This document shows positions 35,361 through 39,003 of a stretch of 39,003 nucleotides of DNA, one piece after another. The stretch lies in contig CAYUBC010000001.1 of NCBI GenBank assembly GCA_964442885.1, positions 1 to 39,003 of the forward strand, read 5' to 3'. Every line of letters begins with the position of its first letter. Position 1 is the first letter of the stretch. The position numbers and the translations under genes are program-made. The notes below the pieces were generated by a model that did not search any database, was not told the DNA's origin, and worked only from the letters and a program-made list of their open reading frames with translations. Source of the stretch: an uncultured bacterium (GTDB taxonomy: Bacteria > Cyanobacteriota > Cyanobacteriia > Phormidesmidales > Phormidesmidaceae).

Positions 35361-37130
35361 TCAGGGATCAGTAGTCTGCCTTACCCAGGCCGCTACGCCC
35401 TCCGCGAGGGTTTCGGCTAATTGTCGTTGTGCCTGCGGATCCATGATCCACTCGAACTCAAAGGGATTGATCATAAACCCCAGCTCTAGCAGAACTGATG
35501 GAGCGACGTGGGGCCGCGTCAGGGCCAGGTTATTCCAGTACACGCCGTAGGAGGGTCGATCTAGCTCTACTACCAGATGGTCATGCAAAAACTGAGCCAG
35601 GTCGTGGGCCTGGGGGTGGAACCAGAAGGCTCCAATGCCAGCAGTGTTGAGGGCATCGCCACTGTCAGGTAGGGCGTTGTAGTGAATGCTAAGGGCCAGG
35701 GTAGGTTGATCTCGGTTAATTTGAGCGGCGCGATCGTTGGGGCCGCTTTCGGTGTCATCGGTGCGGGTCATAATGACCGTTGCGCCGCGAGCTTCTAGCG
35801 CTGTCTGGAGCAGTTTAGACACCTCCAGGGCCACGATTTTTTCGGGGGTGCCATCGGGGCCTCGGGCACCCAGTTCGCGGCCGCCGTGGCCAGGGTCTAC
35901 CAAAATGGTGGTGCCCTCCAGGGGGCGATCGCCCGTCAATGCGGGCGGATGCCGGAGAGACAGCACCAGGGTTGTGCCCTCGTAGCGCAGCTTGTAGCCC
36001 CACTGCTGGGAGGTCTTGAAGTGAAACTGATACTGCACCTGATCCGGCAGTATGGGCTGCCAGTCGAGCCGTTCAATCAGCCCATCGTTGCCGATAAAAA
36101 TGGTGTCTGTCTGGGGAACGGTGTTGTGTAGGGTCAGGGTAAATGTAGTAGCCCCCTGGCTAACGCTCACCGGCACCGGCACTTGCAGGGGAAAGTATAC
36201 CTCTGTCCAGCCCGTAATTTGCCGAGACCGCACACCGCGAATCTGAGAACGGGGCGGCGCACCACTGGTTATAATGCGAGTCTCGGCAGCACGGATCCAG
36301 CCGCCGTAGTCGAGCCTGAGCCAGTCGCCTTCGCGCCCGGTAATGGCGGCACGAGTTCCTTGGGGCAGCGGGGTAAGGCGAGAATAATCTGTACTGGGGC
36401 CAGTGCGAGCCACGCCCGCCGCCGCTATAACCTCAGCGACCTGAAACTGGTCAACCGCCAAAATGGTAATTGCGCCAGGGGCTGAAGCCGTTATGGAAGC
36501 GCCATTGTAAACCATTTGATAGGTTGGGCGACCTAAGGAACCGAGCTGAGTCGCCGCCAGGCAGCGTTCATATAGACTGGGGCCCGCACCGGTTAGGGGC
36601 TCGACTTGATCGGTCAAAACCCCCGAGTTGGCGGGTAGTTGGCGGATGTCTGGCTGGGCCACCAGCGGGTAGGTTTGGCCGGCCAGGGTAGCCGTAACCG
36701 TTGCCCCCGCAGGCGCTATTGCCCCCAGACAGATTAAATCGCCCTCCTGGCGAGCCAGATCTACCCCTGGTTGCAGGGACGACTCAACAAAGCCTGGTGG
36801 GTCGGGCAAGGTTGGCCCGCCGGGCAAGCGCGTGACGGTTAGAGATAGGGTTTCATCCCCCTGGGTTAGGGTAAAAACGTTGGGGCCAGGCGCTAGGGGG
36901 AGACTGGGCGCAAAGTGCCCGGCCTGGCTGCGGGGTTGAATGGGGGCACCATTCAGCAACACGGGCTGATTAGGATCGGCGGTGCCGATAAAAAAAATCT
37001 GCGCTGCGGTGGTTTGATGATCGGGGGGCGGATAAACCACTCGTAATTGCGGCTCTGCCGACACCGCCTGCATCACACTCAGACTACCTACACTGCCCCA
37101 GGCTACCACCTGCAAAAAAGACGACTTCAT
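35361..37130 (-). CDS. N-acetylmuramoyl-L-alanine amidase (Amidase_3) with SH3-like domain
   Basis: Signal peptide; ARTGPSTDYSRLTPL; DPGHGG.E, SIHYNA, LLELGF Zn motifs. Confidence 0.93.
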   Translation of the reverse strand: MKSSFLQVVAWGSVGSLSVMQAVSAEPQLRVVYPPPDHQTTAAQIFFIGTADPNQPVLLNGAPIQPRSQAGHFAPSLPLAPGPNVFTLTQGDETLSLTVTRLPGGPTLPDPPGFVESSLQPGVDLARQEGDLICLGAIAPAGATVTATLAGQTYPLVAQPDIRQLPANSGVLTDQVEPLTGAGPSLYERCLAATQLGSLGRPTYQMVYNGASITASAPGAITILAVDQFQVAEVIAAAGVARTGPSTDYSRLTPLPQGTRAAITGREGDWLRLDYGGWIRAAETRIITSGAPPRSQIRGVRSRQITGWTEVYFPLQVPVPVSVSQGATTFTLTLHNTVPQTDTIFIGNDGLIERLDWQPILPDQVQYQFHFKTSQQWGYKLRYEGTTLVLSLRHPPALTGDRPLEGTTILVDPGHGGRELGARGPDGTPEKIVALEVSKLLQTALEARGATVIMTRTDDTESGPNDRAAQINRDQPTLALSIHYNALPDSGDALNTAGIGAFWFHPQAHDLAQFLHDHLVVELDRPSYGVYWNNLALTRPHVAPSVLLELGFMINPFEFEWIMDPQAQRQLAETLAEGVAAWVRQTTDP

Positions 37131-37194
37131 AAAACGCTTAACGGCTACCTCTGGATAGTCTACGCTCTTCCGCCCCTCTCGGTAGATACTGACA

Positions 37195-37923
37195 TCAGCG
37201 TGGCTTTATATCTGGGGATGGGGCGCGAGCCACCGTGCAAATTCCAGCCACAGCGATGCCCTGGCGTCGGAGCGTGCGGGCCGCCACTTGGGCGGTGGCT
37301 CCGGTGGTAAAAATATCGTCTACCAGCCACACGGTGGTCTGCCGCAGGCGGCTGAGGCAATGGGGATTGACCCGAAATGCCTCAGCTAAATTTTGCTGCC
37401 GCTGCTGACGATTCAGGCTGTGCTGGGCCTGGGTCGCCCGCACCCGCTGTAGACCATGACCCAGCAAGACTCCCCGCACCACGCGGTTCATTGACTCAGC
37501 CAAAAGCTCCGCCTGGTTAAACCCCCGCTGCTGGAGTTTGGCGGCATGGAGCGGGATGGGCACCAGGGCGATAGGCGTTTTTGATGGGATTTCGGTGTGC
37601 TTTTGATATTGACGCCAGGTGTGCCCCAGTTCTGTACCTAACCACTGGGCCAGAGCGGTCTGCCCCTCGTACTTAAACCGGCCAATGGCCTGCCGCAGGC
37701 TGTCTTCATACCGTCCCCAGCTCAGCACTACCAGGTCAGGATAGCTGTCATCTAAGGGGTTAGCCAGTTGACATTGACGGATCTGCTTGAGGCAAGCCGA
37801 GCAAAACACGACCGGGGATGAGCGCTGACACAACGGACACGGCCCCGCCAAAAACAGGCCCATTAGTTCCTGCTTACCCCATTGCCAGAGGGTTATTCCC
37901 ATCCACCTACTCCAGTTACTCAT
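37195..37923 (-). CDS. comF: ComF family protein (phosphoribosyltransferase fold)
   Basis: CPLC..CSAC, VPIPLH, RGFNQAELLA, LVDDIFTTGAT; the true start may lie downstream of 37923. Confidence 0.9.
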   Translation of the reverse strand: MSNWSRWMGITLWQWGKQELMGLFLAGPCPLCQRSSPVVFCSACLKQIRQCQLANPLDDSYPDLVVLSWGRYEDSLRQAIGRFKYEGQTALAQWLGTELGHTWRQYQKHTEIPSKTPIALVPIPLHAAKLQQRGFNQAELLAESMNRVVRGVLLGHGLQRVRATQAQHSLNRQQRQQNLAEAFRVNPHCLSRLRQTTVWLVDDIFTTGATAQVAARTLRRQGIAVAGICTVARAPSPDIKPR

Positions 37924-38379
37924 CCAGGCTTGGGCAGGGACAGCGGCGTCCTGCCTACCGTGAGGTTGCCCGACTTCGTGGTCTGAGTCGTTACCGAATC
38001 AGGCGGATTAGGAGGTTGCTTATTATTCACCTCATTTCGTTTAGCTTTAGACTGGAGATATAAAAATCCTGCTTTTATAAGTTGCAAACGTCTGACTAGG
38101 GCCTTAAACTCCGTCGAACCTGGCGCAGATGCCAAAGTTAAGGTCATAGCCTGGGCAGACAAGCCGCCTGCTCTTGTCGGTTCATGGACTACGGTTAAGT
38201 CGCTATTGCTGAGATAGGGCAGCGTGGGTTAACCGCATTTGATGAGAATTTAACTAAATCTACCTGCGGTACTCTACCCCGGATCCATGCCACACCCCCC
38301 AGTGGGCGGCCTTTGGCATCCAGTCTCCCAGTTCTGCCGTCGGCTGACAATTCTCAATGGCTTTGTGTAAGCTGCATCC

Positions 38380-39003
38380 ATGACCTGGCTTCAACCTCTG
38401 GAGAAACTGAGCCCCGCTGACTTGCCCCAGGTTGGCTACAAAGCCTATTATCTGGGACTGCTAAGCCAGCATCGGCTACCCGTAGTAGCTGGGCAAGTTG
38501 TGACTAACCAGGCCTGGCAAACGGCCTTGGAGCACTGCCATTGGCCGCCATTTTCTCCCCTGGAGTCGCTAACGGAGCTAGATGTCGCCGCGTTCCAAAC
38601 GCTGCAACACGCCAGCCAGGATGCTCAAACTTTATTTCGTGCCGCTAGCCTGTCATCTTCTCTAGTTACAGAACTTGAGCAATGGCCTTACTCAACCTGG
38701 ATACTGCGGGCTTCGTTAGGCCTGGAACACTCCGTAGAGAAGGCCGCAGCTCTGGTAGATCAGAGTATTTTACCGGCCCGTCTGGGAGCAGGTTCTAGAG
38801 CGGCGCTAGAGCAGACTATTCAAGAATTTTGGCAGCAAGCCCTGACGGCCCGTAGCCTGGTGGTCTGGCAGCGCTACTGTCAAAACATCCGCGACTTGAA
38901 GCTAGCAACGCTAGTGATGCCGATTTACCCAGCTCAAGCATCTGGAACCCTGACCCTGGTAGACGGCTGGGCCAGCTTGGAGGCGGTGCTGGGGCTGGGG
39001 TTA
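38380..39003 (+). CDS. PEP/pyruvate-binding domain (PpsA/PPDK N-terminal-like) protein, truncated by the window end
   Basis: My translation from ATG 38380: MTWLQPLEKL...VGYKAYYLGLL....LPVVAGQVV...ILRASL...ASGT...EAVLGLG; open to the window edge and absent from the ORF track. Confidence 0.8.
   Translation, partial: MTWLQPLEKLSPADLPQVGYKAYYLGLLSQHRLPVVAGQVVTNQAWQTALEHCHWPPFSPLESLTELDVAAFQTLQHASQDAQTLFRAASLSSSLVTELEQWPYSTWILRASLGLEHSVEKAAALVDQSILPARLGAGSRAALEQTIQEFWQQALTARSLVVWQRYCQNIRDLKLATLVMPIYPAQASGTLTLVDGWASLEAVLGLGL

Larger units (their letters stand above)
1345..35932. repeat. Dispersed HIP1 octamer GCGATCGC (cyanobacterial highly iterated palindrome)
   Basis: Copies at 1345, 1721, 2368, 5050 and elsewhere; about 19 counted by eye, far above the roughly one expected by chance. 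Confidence 0.9.

Noticed and set aside
44-38063. Many 60-190 aa ORFs antisense to, or out of frame within, the called genes
   Set aside because: Shadow ORFs expected in GC-rich coding DNA; no motifs
37920-38162. 80-aa ORF overlapping the comF start
   Set aside because: TTG start, no recognisable domain, lies in a divergent promoter region; cannot be supported, though not excluded

Overview
Chromosomal window from a fairly GC-rich cyanobacterium. Markers include many HIP1 GCGATCGC octamers (about 19 counted by eye), hli, psb32, smtA/smtB, two CpcS/CpeS-type bilin lyases, two Uma2 genes and a Cys4-prefix Ser/Thr kinase-WD40. Assignment to the Leptolyngbya/Nodosilinea group is only a guess. Most of the window is housekeeping or conserved genes (proA, dusA, mutS2, nadC, queA, ggt, amidase, comF), with small accessory inserts: a ParE-type toxin-antitoxin pair, an AT-rich ORF, heptamer repeats and CTAG-bounded mini-elements. 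I saw no rRNA, tRNA, CRISPR array, prophage or intact IS. The main leads are: (1) an intact ORF of the REP-associated tyrosine transposase (RAYT/TnpA-REP) fold that has lost both HUH histidines and the catalytic Tyr, a possible domesticated transposase; (2) an unannotated ~290-nt structured transcription unit between nadC and the pterin dehydratase gene, with a perfect SD and a 23-codon ORF; (3) a second multi-hairpin RNA candidate near queA; (4) an NtcA-type promoter between the divergent lyase-like genes; (5) a 66-nt tandem duplication inside the MutS2 ATPase domain. All calls come from motif recognition by eye; no database searches were run.
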